From the sequence record PP919962.1: a stretch of 64,000 bases of DNA. The stretch is one strand, 5' to 3'. This DNA is from Klebsiella phage KP2025. Position 1 is the first letter of the stretch; each line of letters opens with the position of its first letter. The position numbers and the translations under genes are program-made. The notes under the pieces are model-generated. The model worked only from the letters and a program-made list of their open reading frames with translations, was not told the origin of the DNA and made no database searches. Below are positions 19,765 through 29,373 of the stretch, piece by piece.

Positions 19765-19804
19765 AGGTTTATCCTCGCTTAGAATGCCCCCGAAGGGGCA
19801 TGTA

Positions 19805-19996
19805 TTATTTCTTCAAACTGTCTTCAGTACCATCCCACTTCTCAACAAGTTCAATGAGTTGTTCTTTGGTCTTTGTCCAGCCAAGTTTCAAAAGTGACTC
19901 TACTTTAGCATCCACAGAAGGATCATGCAAGCCCTTTTCTACTTCTTGTTCAATCCAGGTTAACACTTTATGTAAAATTGCATTACCGTCCATCAA
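19805..19996 (-). CDS. hypothetical protein (63 aa)
   Basis: ORF overlapping helicase start by 4 nt. Confidence 0.4.
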   Translation of the reverse strand: MMDGNAILHKVLTWIEQEVEKGLHDPSVDAKVESLLKLGWTKTKEQLIELVEKWDGTEDSLKK

Positions 19997-22872
19997 TAAT
20001 CATCTCCCATGAAGTTATCTTGGTCTATCTTACGTTCGAGAATTTCTAAGAGATGACAGTCTCCAGATGATCCACTAAGCTCGGTTTTTAGTCGAGACAA
20101 ATTAGGCATCATATTTATTTCACCAAAGAAATCCCCTTCACCATCTTCTAGCCAACTTTCGTAGGCTTGGATATGGTTATCATTACCATCGAAACTGTCA
20201 GCTATAAACTGTTTTATTTGGTCTGGTGTTGTGTACGCAGCACCAAAAACACCTAAGCGAACATTTTCAATGGGGATGCCGCCGTTAAGCAGCTTCTCCT
20301 TTGGGGCAGTGTGTTTCTCTCCCTCCACACGCTTAATATCTATAATTTCCTGGACAGTACTATTCCATTGTAGACATTTTATACATCGTGTATGTGCTAC
20401 ATAGAGCAGATTACGCTCTGCTTCTTCAAGCCCTACCCACTCCCTTTCTTTATTATAGTTAGAAGGGAAGTCATTTGCAACAACAACTTGATCCCATTCT
20501 AAACCTTTTGATTTATGCGCTGTTGTAAGAGTTACCTTTGCAGTTGGTGAATTTCGATGTGTCCGTAGAGTATGTGCGATTGTATTAGCTTTACCGCTGA
20601 CAACAACGTTTAACAAACGTTTAGCATCAGGATCACTTTCTGCACAGTCTACAAATTCTTCCCAAGTGGCATAGGGCAGTACAGTTTCATGTTTTACTTT
20701 TTCAATATCCCCTCGACGTAAAGCATTCACGCTATCTACCATTGAGATAAAATCTTTGGTGTCAACGTTAATGATAATATCTTCACCATCTGCGATACGA
20801 TCCATTGCTTCCATAAGCAAAGTTAGATTTTTACGGAAGATGATTGTATATGGTTTAGTATAATCTACTATATCAGATACATAGCTGCCTACAATCGTAT
20901 CATAACCCTTACCAACTAAAGGATGTGCCAGAGGTTGTTTATCTTCTAAGATCATATTAGCGACATCTGCCACTTTTGGGCCAAAACGGAAACAAGCTGT
21001 AAGAGGAAGTTCGACACCATAGGTGGCGGTTTCAACCATCATATTAGAACTTCCCCGGAATTGATAGATACAATTGTGACTAAGAATATCATTGCCAAAA
21101 AAGTTAGCTGTATCTTCCACTTCAATATCATAATAGATACCCTCACTATCTACAATGTCCACAATTTCTTCTGCCGTTACAGTATCACCATCTTTTACCA
21201 ACACAGACATACCTTTAAATAAACCCGCCGCAGGAATTAAATTATATTTAGTAGTGTTCACAGAAGACATGCACTCTTTCAATGATGCAAATGGAACTAT
21301 CTCCAATACTTTATTAGCAAAAGTTAAAGCATCACGGTAAGAGCTAAAATACTTACGCACACGAAAACGACCTTCATTTTTCGCATTTGTCACCTTAATA
21401 CCGGATTGCGTTAAACTTTCTATGATGTTCATTTCTACTTCTGTCCACTCAAAGTGAACTTGGGTTCCTTTTTTACATTGTGCTCGCAAAGTCACTGTTA
21501 ACATTTTTCTTTCATCTGCTGCACAATTGAGGCTGTGCCAATGTGGATAAGCAAAATGATAATCTTTATCATCTAAAAGTTTAAAACCATTTTGTCCAAA
21601 TTGTTCAAAGATGTTATTGATCCTTTCTTGATTAATACCGCGTGAACTTGCTTCAAATACACAAGTAGGAATGCCATATTGTAAACTGTATGCCATTTCT
21701 TTTTCCATAGCCGCTTCACGGTTTTCAACAATATCCAACACCCACAATTTCTGTGCTCTTTCAGAACGTGTACGTTGCCCCAGTTTAGAAAAACCTTCTT
21801 TATCATCGAATTTGTTAGTGATCCCTACTCGGAAACCTAGATCTTTCCTCCACATTAGGTATACCACCATCTGATCATCTTTCAGGGCATAAGGTGAAGC
21901 CCAAATACGATGGTTATGTGTCATATCTAAAGTTTTACCCTTGGTAGTAATAATATTCCTACCTTTTGTACGTGTAGATAAAGTCTTATTTGTTACTTTT
22001 CTAAATGTAACTTTACCGTTAGAATAAGACTCTACCTTATCACCGATTTGCAGGTCTTTCATTGCAACCTGACCATTCTCGGTATTAAGTACCGTGTTTT
22101 CTGACGCACATTGGAATTCATCACCAACAACCACAATTCGTTTAGCTGCCTTGGCATTACGCAGAATGGATAAGAAAGCAGGGTTAACGTCCTGGAACTC
22201 ATCGCCAAAGATAATATCATACCCCAAGTCTTTACCGGACAATTCAAACAACTTGACATAAGTATCGTGCGTCATGATCGTCTCAGATTTAGGGTCAATA
22301 CGCTCACGCCAAAGCTGTTTAGCATATGTCACTACTTCAGTGATCAGTTTATTCTCATTAATGTTCTTACGCTTGAGGTCTGCGAGATAAACTGTAGGAA
22401 AATGCTTACGCCCCAGATGAGCATCATCTGAAAATTCAAACTTACCTACAGTTTGTTTAACCATCAGCCCAATCATTGCACGAGTGAGTAGGGTTTTACC
22501 ATTCTTATCAATCAAGTTATTGATTTTGAACTTCTTGGCAATCTCATTACCAGTACCTGCTACATTCACATATGCACCCTCTGGACGTGTCAACTTGTGA
22601 CGCAGAGATTGATCAAGTTGTTGATAGCAAATAGAGTGAAGAGTACGACACTCCACATTATCCGGCATCTTGCGTCGGGCTTCCTCTGCCATGCTCTTGT
22701 TGAATGCAAGATACAGAATCTTATCCTCTGTACCATTAGCCAACATATAGAGTGTTGATGTTTTACCACTACCAGATTTGGCTTGAATAGTAGTAAAACG
22801 GTTTTCTTTGAATGCACCTTCGATTGCAAATTGTTCATCCGTAGGTGTAAAACTTAGTTCACTCTTAGCCAT
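19993..22872 (-). CDS. UvrD/PcrA-family SF1 DNA helicase interrupted by an intein
   Basis: Walker A AKSGSGKT, DEFQD motif II, motif III VVVGDEFQ / CIYQFRGSS split by a 346-aa insertion. Confidence 0.75.
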   Translation of the reverse strand: MAKSELSFTPTDEQFAIEGAFKENRFTTIQAKSGSGKTSTLYMLANGTEDKILYLAFNKSMAEEARRKMPDNVECRTLHSICYQQLDQSLRHKLTRPEGAYVNVAGTGNEIAKKFKINNLIDKNGKTLLTRAMIGLMVKQTVGKFEFSDDAHLGRKHFPTVYLADLKRKNINENKLITEVVTYAKQLWRERIDPKSETIMTHDTYVKLFELSGKDLGYDIIFGDEFQDVNPAFLSILRNAKAAKRIVVVGDEFQCASENTVLNTENGQVAMKDLQIGDKVESYSNGKVTFRKVTNKTLSTRTKGRNIITTKGKTLDMTHNHRIWASPYALKDDQMVVYLMWRKDLGFRVGITNKFDDKEGFSKLGQRTRSERAQKLWVLDIVENREAAMEKEMAYSLQYGIPTCVFEASSRGINQERINNIFEQFGQNGFKLLDDKDYHFAYPHWHSLNCAADERKMLTVTLRAQCKKGTQVHFEWTEVEMNIIESLTQSGIKVTNAKNEGRFRVRKYFSSYRDALTFANKVLEIVPFASLKECMSSVNTTKYNLIPAAGLFKGMSVLVKDGDTVTAEEIVDIVDSEGIYYDIEVEDTANFFGNDILSHNCIYQFRGSSNMMVETATYGVELPLTACFRFGPKVADVANMILEDKQPLAHPLVGKGYDTIVGSYVSDIVDYTKPYTIIFRKNLTLLMEAMDRIADGEDIIINVDTKDFISMVDSVNALRRGDIEKVKHETVLPYATWEEFVDCAESDPDAKRLLNVVVSGKANTIAHTLRTHRNSPTAKVTLTTAHKSKGLEWDQVVVANDFPSNYNKEREWVGLEEAERNLLYVAHTRCIKCLQWNSTVQEIIDIKRVEGEKHTAPKEKLLNGGIPIENVRLGVFGAAYTTPDQIKQFIADSFDGNDNHIQAYESWLEDGEGDFFGEINMMPNLSRLKTELSGSSGDCHLLEILERKIDQDNFMGDDY
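21073..22110 (-). mobile_element. intein (Hint domain plus central linker/putative endonuclease region) inserted in helicase motif III
   Basis: Starts with Cys after GDEFQ, block B TLDMTHNHRIW, ends ...DILSHN followed by extein Cys (CIYQFRGS); aa 255-600 of the ORF. Confidence 0.6.
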
Positions 22873-23359
22873 TCAATCCTCTCTTAATTTCTTCCACTAA
22901 CATTGGAACCAGATCACGTTGTAAGATTTGTTCCATGATGTGAGATGGCAGCTTACGGAACTGCCAGTTGTATGCCACACTCCCGCCGTTCGGCGTATAC
23001 ACCCGTAGGTAGAGCATTTCGCGTAGTTTATCGACTTCAATATCATACTCGATAGATTCTAAGCGGTGCAAGGTGAGTTCCATTTTCAGGATACGTTCTT
23101 GCATCTCATAGGGCGTAGGGTTAAATGGCCCATAGCTGCGGACTGAGAAGCTACCATATGGAACTTCGCGAGTTTGTGGCATGAGGGTTGGGAAGTATTC
23201 TCCCAAAAGGTCACATGTCATTTGTAGACATTCGCGCTCCATTCTATTCTCATTACGACTATTATCAAGATCTCTCTGCAAATTATTTAATTGTTTTTCC
23301 TGTGCAGCCAGAGATTCACGCATTTTTCGTTTTTGATTTCTTCCAAATCGCTTGCTCAT
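22865..23359 (-). CDS. hypothetical protein (164 aa)
   Basis: ORF. Confidence 0.5.
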   Translation of the reverse strand: MSKRFGRNQKRKMRESLAAQEKQLNNLQRDLDNSRNENRMERECLQMTCDLLGEYFPTLMPQTREVPYGSFSVRSYGPFNPTPYEMQERILKMELTLHRLESIEYDIEVDKLREMLYLRVYTPNGGSVAYNWQFRKLPSHIMEQILQRDLVPMLVEEIKRGLNG

Positions 23360-23368
23360 TGTTCCTCC

Positions 23369-23905
23369 TCAATAGAATTTTTCTACCTGATGTAATCTTC
23401 TCATAGTGATCCATGCAAATTCCTGATTTAACTCTTCAGGTAAATTTGCCATAATGTAGGCATATTGTTCTTCCCATGTCCATTTATTAGGGTTATCAGG
23501 AATTTTATCTGAAGCTTTTGTATTATCTTTCTGAGTTTGAATAATCCAATTAGAAGGGAAATGAACACCACCCTTTTTGAAAGGCATGTAATGGCCTAGA
23601 GTGAAGCTACGCTTACCTTCCAGACCACCCAGTTTATTTAAGTGGATGATTAAGCTACGAAATACATAATATTCGTAGACATTATCTACAGTGTAGAAAG
23701 CATAATATTTTAAGATGCCTGTATCCCGTTTGAAATTATGCACATCCAAACTACACCAGTTAACATTGTCTGGATCATAACTGTGATTCTCAATCCATTC
23801 CTCACGTTCGTCCCATTCTGGATAAATTACAGATTGACTTGAAGAGTCCACTAAAGGGGAAAAAACATCAAAAAACATTATAATCTCCTTTAACTTAGTT
23901 TTCAA
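23369..23905 (-). CDS. hypothetical protein (178 aa)
   Basis: ORF. Confidence 0.5.
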   Translation of the reverse strand: MKTKLKEIIMFFDVFSPLVDSSSQSVIYPEWDEREEWIENHSYDPDNVNWCSLDVHNFKRDTGILKYYAFYTVDNVYEYYVFRSLIIHLNKLGGLEGKRSFTLGHYMPFKKGGVHFPSNWIIQTQKDNTKASDKIPDNPNKWTWEEQYAYIMANLPEELNQEFAWITMRRLHQVEKFY

Positions 23906-24260
23906 TATCTACCAAAGCATTTCCCACCTTAAGTAAGATAATATCGTTGACAGCATCCTCATCATCTCCTTCTATCTGGGCAAACTTTTCGGTTGCAAAC
24001 ATAACCATATAATGTTCATCCATCTGGAAGACTTTCATATAACCATCCAGTTTAATCTCTTCGCTGAAACGGAAACTGAGGAACTTTTCAGACAGAGGAT
24101 GATCCCCTGAGCGGGCTAGTGCCATCGTATTTGGCGGGATGACATATTTATCAGATCCTACGTAGACATAAGTGTCCTGTTCACCATAGCTATACAGTGT
24201 TGCAGCTTTATCTTGAATCACGGATAAAGAAAAAATATCAAAATCTTCTACTGTTTTCAT
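23895..24260 (-). CDS. hypothetical protein (121 aa)
   Basis: ORF. Confidence 0.5.
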   Translation of the reverse strand: MKTVEDFDIFSLSVIQDKAATLYSYGEQDTYVYVGSDKYVIPPNTMALARSGDHPLSEKFLSFRFSEEIKLDGYMKVFQMDEHYMVMFATEKFAQIEGDDEDAVNDIILLKVGNALVDIEN

Positions 24261-24270
24261 GACACACTCC

Positions 24271-24522
24271 TTACTTGAAAATAAAATAAATAACTACACA
24301 AGCAATAAAAGTAAATAATAAACCTTTACCTGAAGTTCTGCTTCTTTTTGTCTCATAACTCAAGCCTATGCCATGAGCGCCTACCGTGTGCTTGACACCC
24401 TTACTATTGATGTTGGAAGTAAACCACCCAGCTTTTACACTTGTTGAATTTATTCCCTTTTTACCGAGATTAATATACACCCCAGGTATAATTTTAATTC
24501 TCTTTCTAAAGCGAAACCCCAT
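24271..24522 (-). CDS. small membrane protein (83 aa)
   Basis: C-terminal TM helix. Confidence 0.4.
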   Translation of the reverse strand: MGFRFRKRIKIIPGVYINLGKKGINSTSVKAGWFTSNINSKGVKHTVGAHGIGLSYETKRSRTSGKGLLFTFIACVVIYFIFK

Positions 24523-24896
24523 TAAAAATTTTCCTCCCAGTTCCAGTAATCGTCTTTATAATTTCTCCTGTTATATTCTTTCCTAGCCCATTCTACGGCA
24601 GCAACGAGAACATCCCCATGACAAGCAACCTCTTTATTAGGTTGTTTACAAAAGCAAACTAAGTCTTTTCCTTCTAATGCTAATAAGTCTTCCAATGTTA
24701 TCTTACCAGAGCGAATCTGCTCCCACAACCATTCTTTATACCGTTGTATAGTAGCACCACGAGGCTCATCCTCGGTTAGCTTAAATGGATTAGCAAACTT
24801 AGAAGCCTTCAGACCATAATGAGGCATTGCCCGTCCGATATACTCTGCGCCAGGAGGAATAACTTTTCCAAGGTGGTAGAAATTTAAAACTTTCAT
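24522..24896 (-). CDS. DUF4326-family protein
   Basis: KVLNFYHLGK...YIGRAMP...GNPF...LVCFCKQP..CHGDVL matches the DUF4326 pattern. Confidence 0.5.
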   Translation of the reverse strand: MKVLNFYHLGKVIPPGAEYIGRAMPHYGLKASKFANPFKLTEDEPRGATIQRYKEWLWEQIRSGKITLEDLLALEGKDLVCFCKQPNKEVACHGDVLVAAVEWARKEYNRRNYKDDYWNWEENF

Positions 24897-25255
24897 TTCT
24901 TTTCATCCTCCTTATATTCCAAGAATAAGTCTACCTCATATGTGTGTCTCTGATCAAATTTATTTGGGTCAAGAACAATAAAAAGAACACGATTAATATC
25001 GAGATATTCTTTCACAACAATGAACAGGTCTTTGCGGCAAGAGAATCCGGTGGCTTTAAAGGCATCGCCCCACTGGTCTACAGACTTTACACTCTTATCC
25101 AGTTTACAGCGAATGTCCTTACCTTCGTCTTGGTATAAAGCTACACCACCGTACCAGGTGAAGAATTTAGTGCCATTGGCAACCACTTTGAATCCTTCCC
25201 GCGCATTCACGCCAGTAGAAATGAGCAGCGTGATCACCAATAGCAACTTAATCAT
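24893..25255 (-). CDS. secreted protein (120 aa, signal peptide)
   Basis: MIKLLLVITLLISTGVNA signal sequence. Confidence 0.5.
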   Translation of the reverse strand: MIKLLLVITLLISTGVNAREGFKVVANGTKFFTWYGGVALYQDEGKDIRCKLDKSVKSVDQWGDAFKATGFSCRKDLFIVVKEYLDINRVLFIVLDPNKFDQRHTYEVDLFLEYKEDEKK

Positions 25256-25533
25256 TCAATCTCCAGTCGTTTACGTTTATCAAAAACAACATCATACTTA
25301 TCACCACACCCATTGTCAACATAAAACTTGATAAACTGGTCATCCTGTTCCACTGTATACCCAACTTCCAAACACAAGCCGTTGCCTGTATCTTCCAAAA
25401 TATCCTCAACTAAGTGACTATAAAGGATACTATCACCAGTGAATGCCCAGAAGTAGTCTGAGAGATTTTCGAAAGATAAGTTCAGTTCAGGATTTTCTTG
25501 GTGAAGTTTAACTGCCTTTGTTAAATAACTCAT
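25252..25533 (-). CDS. hypothetical protein (93 aa)
   Basis: ORF. Confidence 0.45.
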   Translation of the reverse strand: MSYLTKAVKLHQENPELNLSFENLSDYFWAFTGDSILYSHLVEDILEDTGNGLCLEVGYTVEQDDQFIKFYVDNGCGDKYDVVFDKRKRLEIE

Positions 25534-25754
25534 TCAACCTCCTCAAAATCCCAAAGATTTCCGTTTAATGGGCAACCATAGGCACCAACAAAGCCCGCTT
25601 CATTTGTCATCATGTAATCTCCATCTTCATCGTAACCTAGGATAGTATATTCGTTGCCTTTAATAAAGGCATGACTACGGGAGTCATCACGAGTACATCT
25701 TAAAGTAGACCCAATTGGAATTACTCTAGTTTCTTTATTTTCTACATGATTCAT
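25530..25754 (-). CDS. small protein, paralog family member (74 aa)
   Basis: ATG with GAGGAGAG RBS; pattern ...RC...Y.V.G...G.......ND.G......W.FEEVE shared with 26601..26915 and 27109..27333. Confidence 0.45.
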   Translation of the reverse strand: MNHVENKETRVIPIGSTLRCTRDDSRSHAFIKGNEYTILGYDEDGDYMMTNEAGFVGAYGCPLNGNLWDFEEVE

Positions 25755-25886
25755 AATTCTCTCCTCACTTCTACATGTCGCCAGGTGGCAAGATAATGTT
25801 CTTAAGAGCCACTTGCGCCGGACTAAGATTTGTGTACAGACAAACTGGCTCGCTGTCCCAACCCATTCTCCCATACAGGGAGTATT

Positions 25887-26582
25887 TTACTTGTTTTGCT
25901 TGCGCCATTGGTACACTCCAAACAGAGAGTTAAGCAGATATGCAACCCACATCGCCAACACTGCCGCTCCTCCGCCCTCGTGGTGCATGGTAGCCTGAAT
26001 CCACATGACGACGGCTACAATGTTTACCAACACCCAGGCGTACCATTGCTCCGCATAGCGGTACATCATCAGAGTTGTAGCCAGGATGGACAGAATCGCT
26101 GTAGCGGAGTCTAACCCAGGTATACTACCTTTCAGTTCAGCTACGAAGAGAGCATACACCCCAATCGCTACCAGCGTACCAATTGTTACCCAAACACGTT
26201 GTTTGGTGGTAAGCCATTTCTTTTCAACATCGGCACGATCCCCGTTTACGTTGAGTTTGCGACTCCAAACGACAGCACCCCAAAACTGCATCGGAAGGAA
26301 GACCAGTGTGTACATGATCGCTTCTCCGAAGAGTTGGTACTTATAGGAGATCCATGCGTACAGTGCGGTGGCTATTACGCCCCACCAGTAGCTGGAGATT
26401 TTACCCTTGGCTACCAGAATTGCACCGACGATACCTGTTACAGAGGAGATAAACTCCAGAGCAGAACTTTTCATCAGGATTGAGGTTGCAGCGATAGCCG
26501 CCGTACAAACGAACAGCCATACATACTCTAACTTTGTCCACCCGTAGAAATCTGTCCAGGTTGATTTAACGTATAAATTCAT
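25887..26582 (-). CDS. pnuC: PnuC-family nicotinamide riboside transporter
   Basis: About 7 TM helices; W-rich motifs (YWWGVIATALYAWISY, FWGAVVW) typical of PnuC. Confidence 0.65.
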   Translation of the reverse strand: MNLYVKSTWTDFYGWTKLEYVWLFVCTAAIAATSILMKSSALEFISSVTGIVGAILVAKGKISSYWWGVIATALYAWISYKYQLFGEAIMYTLVFLPMQFWGAVVWSRKLNVNGDRADVEKKWLTTKQRVWVTIGTLVAIGVYALFVAELKGSIPGLDSATAILSILATTLMMYRYAEQWYAWVLVNIVAVVMWIQATMHHEGGGAAVLAMWVAYLLNSLFGVYQWRKQNK

Positions 26583-26600
26583 GTTTACCTCCTCGTAAGG

Positions 26601-26915
26601 TTAGTCTTTTTTCGTGCGCCCTTGCGCTAAACCTTCCAGTGCTTCTTCGCGAGTCATTACGCGACCAGCCGCTACGTCAGCTTGGGAGAGTTCCAGCAGT
26701 TTGATTAGAGCCTCAGTTTGCTCATCTTCATCAACTGGTTCAAAGCCCCAAATAGCCCCATCCATCGGGATAGGAATAGGATCAAGATCGCCTTGGTTAT
26801 CACGCAACAGCATACCATTTACCCCTGCCAACCCTTCCACTTCGTAGAGAGTACCTACAGAGTAGAGTGATTCGCTATCACTACGAATACATCTTACACG
26901 AGTACCGATTTTCAT
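26601..26915 (-). CDS. small protein, paralog family member (104 aa)
   Basis: see 25530..25754. Confidence 0.45.
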   Translation of the reverse strand: MKIGTRVRCIRSDSESLYSVGTLYEVEGLAGVNGMLLRDNQGDLDPIPIPMDGAIWGFEPVDEDEQTEALIKLLELSQADVAAGRVMTREEALEGLAQGRTKKD

Positions 26916-26924
26916 GCAACCCCC

Positions 26925-27098
26925 TTAGAGTCTTTCGAATTCAATTTTGGCAAGGTGCATCTCTTTAACAGGAACAAACCCGTTGTAACCGTCAACAATC
27001 CACTCTTTACCATGTCTAACAACAATTTCATATTCACGCAGTTCCAGTTTAGGTACTGCTCGTTCTGTAGCCACCACTTTAAGACGTTTTCCAGACAT
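26925..27098 (-). CDS. small protein (57 aa) missed by ORF track
   Basis: AAGGAG RBS before ATG. Confidence 0.35.
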   Translation of the reverse strand: MSGKRLKVVATERAVPKLELREYEIVVRHGKEWIVDGYNGFVPVKEMHLAKIEFERL

Positions 27099-27108
27099 TG
27101 TCAACTCC

Positions 27109-27333
27109 TTACTCTACGATCTCCCAAACACCAAACAAGCATTCTGGATACAAAGCATAAATCTTAACGCCACGATCATTGGTAAGAATCATACCATTTT
27201 CCCCCACAGTACCACCAAAAACAATATCAGGATCACCAGATCCAGCTTCAACAGTATACAAACGGTCTTCTGTAATATAATCAAACCGGGATTGAACACA
27301 ACGTACAACATTACCTTTCTTCATTACTCGCAT
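27109..27333 (-). CDS. small protein, paralog family member (74 aa)
   Basis: see 25530..25754; ends GVWEIVE. Confidence 0.45.
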   Translation of the reverse strand: MRVMKKGNVVRCVQSRFDYITEDRLYTVEAGSGDPDIVFGGTVGENGMILTNDRGVKIYALYPECLFGVWEIVE

Positions 27334-27334
27334 A

Positions 27335-28402
27335 TTAATTCTCCTCTAAGAGCTTGTCAATGGCTTTGATAGCCTGATTGATACGATTTTCATAGTCCGT
27401 ACCAGTAATATGTACTACCGGAACGTCACGGTATAGGTCATGCACCATGTCCCACAATAAAGTGTTAGTGTACTCTCGCTTACTATCTGTATCTTGCAGA
27501 CGGAGAGGATCAGCCACCCATTCCACTTCTGGGGAAAGGTATAACACCATATCATAGAAGTTATGAGCTTCTTCAACAGCTAACGACATAAACATACCAT
27601 CATTATAGCCCACTTTACCAGCACAAATTGCAGAAAAATGCGTTATAAGATTGGTTGTATCTGAAATATGCACCACATGTGCCTGATTTGAGTTACTAAA
27701 TTCCTCAATACGATGGATCATAGCAATCTTAAGATATGCTTCACGATCCATTAAAAATTCACTGCCATTGTACATCTGTTCGCAAATATGCCGCCCTACT
27801 TCGGGTGTTGATGTTGTTCCATAGTGTTGTGCTAGAAGCTCAGTCATAGTGGATTTGCCAGTGCTCTCAACACCAATGATAGCTACACGTTTTACAAAAC
27901 GAGGACGAGCTTGATCTGACAGATAATCGAAGTTGTCGCGTAGATTAGTACGAATACGTGTTGCAGAGATATCCACTCCTGTACGCTCTGCATCCAACAC
28001 AACATGCTCCACCTCCGGGAAATGCTCAGAGAAGTATTCAGTATACTCCGGCTCAGAAGAGAAAGCATGAGTGAGGATCTCACCTTCTGGGATTTTAGCA
28101 CGAATCAACTCGGCATAAGCCTTACCACCTTCTGGATAGCCAGGGATATTAGACTCATCAACATAATCTACAATCACTCTGTGTTGTAATCCTGAATCTT
28201 GAATTAAAGATTTAAGATCCAATAAACGCTGGGTTAAACCAAGACGGTCTTGCATCCAAGGTGTTTGAGTGTTGTTAAACTTCTGGTCAAACGACAGAAA
28301 CAGGTATAGCCGATCAATACCTGAATCTACAGCCATACGAATGAAGTTGACGTGTCCTGCTGTTAGTGGTGCAAATTTACCGAAAATTAAGCCTACGTTC
28401 AT
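27335..28402 (-). CDS. nadR: NadR-like bifunctional NMN adenylyltransferase / ribosylnicotinamide kinase (no HTH domain)
   Basis: N-terminal nucleotidyltransferase motif GKFAPLTAGHVNFI (H-x-GH); C-terminal P-loop GVESTGKST as in NadR kinase domain. Confidence 0.75.
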   Translation of the reverse strand: MNVGLIFGKFAPLTAGHVNFIRMAVDSGIDRLYLFLSFDQKFNNTQTPWMQDRLGLTQRLLDLKSLIQDSGLQHRVIVDYVDESNIPGYPEGGKAYAELIRAKIPEGEILTHAFSSEPEYTEYFSEHFPEVEHVVLDAERTGVDISATRIRTNLRDNFDYLSDQARPRFVKRVAIIGVESTGKSTMTELLAQHYGTTSTPEVGRHICEQMYNGSEFLMDREAYLKIAMIHRIEEFSNSNQAHVVHISDTTNLITHFSAICAGKVGYNDGMFMSLAVEEAHNFYDMVLYLSPEVEWVADPLRLQDTDSKREYTNTLLWDMVHDLYRDVPVVHITGTDYENRINQAIKAIDKLLEEN

Positions 28403-28419
28403 GGGATCTCCTTTATTAA

Positions 28420-28872
28420 TCAGTCTTCATCGGAACTGTCTTCGACTGAGAAGACAATTTCCACACCATGCTCTTTCAAGATTTGGTTAACAATGCCAAC
28501 AGTAAGTTCAGCGATTTCCATGCCATCCATCATATAATCAAAATCTTCTTGGCACAAGCTAATTGTGAAGTCCATCGGAGCTTTAGTAACATTAGCAGAA
28601 GGATATGCAATACATCCGTCAGCTAAACCCACTACAGCGCCATCAACAACAACCAACAAAGCTTCAAGGTGGTCATCTGCCAGCGGAAGATATAAATTTT
28701 GATGTAATGGGGTTTGCAAGTAACCCATGAAAGATACACATGTCCAGTAACGTTTTGTATATCTTTGACCAGGATCAGAATGGTACATATTGATCAGCCC
28801 ATCGGCGTCCTGACTGACGAACTTAACATCAGGTGGGAACACTGTATCCTGTAACATCTCAAATAATTTCAT
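28420..28872 (-). CDS. hypothetical protein (150 aa)
   Basis: ORF. Confidence 0.5.
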   Translation of the reverse strand: MKLFEMLQDTVFPPDVKFVSQDADGLINMYHSDPGQRYTKRYWTCVSFMGYLQTPLHQNLYLPLADDHLEALLVVVDGAVVGLADGCIAYPSANVTKAPMDFTISLCQEDFDYMMDGMEIAELTVGIVNQILKEHGVEIVFSVEDSSDED

Positions 28873-28881
28873 ATTTTCTCC

Positions 28882-29082
28882 TTATACAATATTTACATCA
28901 TAAGTTTGCATAATATAACTAGCCAAGAACAATGCTTGCTCCTTGGTAAGGGCCATAGACTCATATTCCCAATTCTCCACTCCTTGCCTCTCCAGTAACA
29001 CCATATCATCGTACACAGTGAGTTCATACTTACGATCACAGGTAGCTGAGGGATTTTTAGGTAACATAACATTTACAAACAT
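28882..29082 (-). CDS. hypothetical protein (66 aa)
   Basis: ORF. Confidence 0.4.
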   Translation of the reverse strand: MFVNVMLPKNPSATCDRKYELTVYDDMVLLERQGVENWEYESMALTKEQALFLASYIMQTYDVNIV

Positions 29083-29296
29083 GATATTAATCCTTCTTAT
29101 AGTTAATTAATTGGGTACTTAGGTATGTAGTTTGTTTTACACTTACAATGATACACCTCTAGGTAGGATAATCAAGGAAATAATAGTAAATCGTATAACT
29201 ACTATGGACATAGTATCCATAATACCTCCTATAAAAGAAAAGCTATCCGTCCCTTCCTATCTAACGATAGTCAGGAACGAATAGCTACAGAATCTC

Positions 29297-29342
29297 CCCT
29301 CGCTTCGCTCGGCACCTTGTAGGGTTAGGGTAGCATATTTTT
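29297..29342. repeat. conserved intergenic element copy A (CCTCGCTTCGCTCGG...TAGGGTAGCATATTTTT)
   Basis: about 45 nt shared with 60739..60782 and partially 51599..51618. Confidence 0.55.
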
Positions 29343-29373
29343 CAGCGAAAGTCAATATCCCTGAGACATTTAT

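Noticed and set aside
24522-24896. Calling the DUF4326 protein a named enzyme
   Set aside because: There is only a family-level motif match. The function of DUF4326 is unknown, so no product name was assigned.
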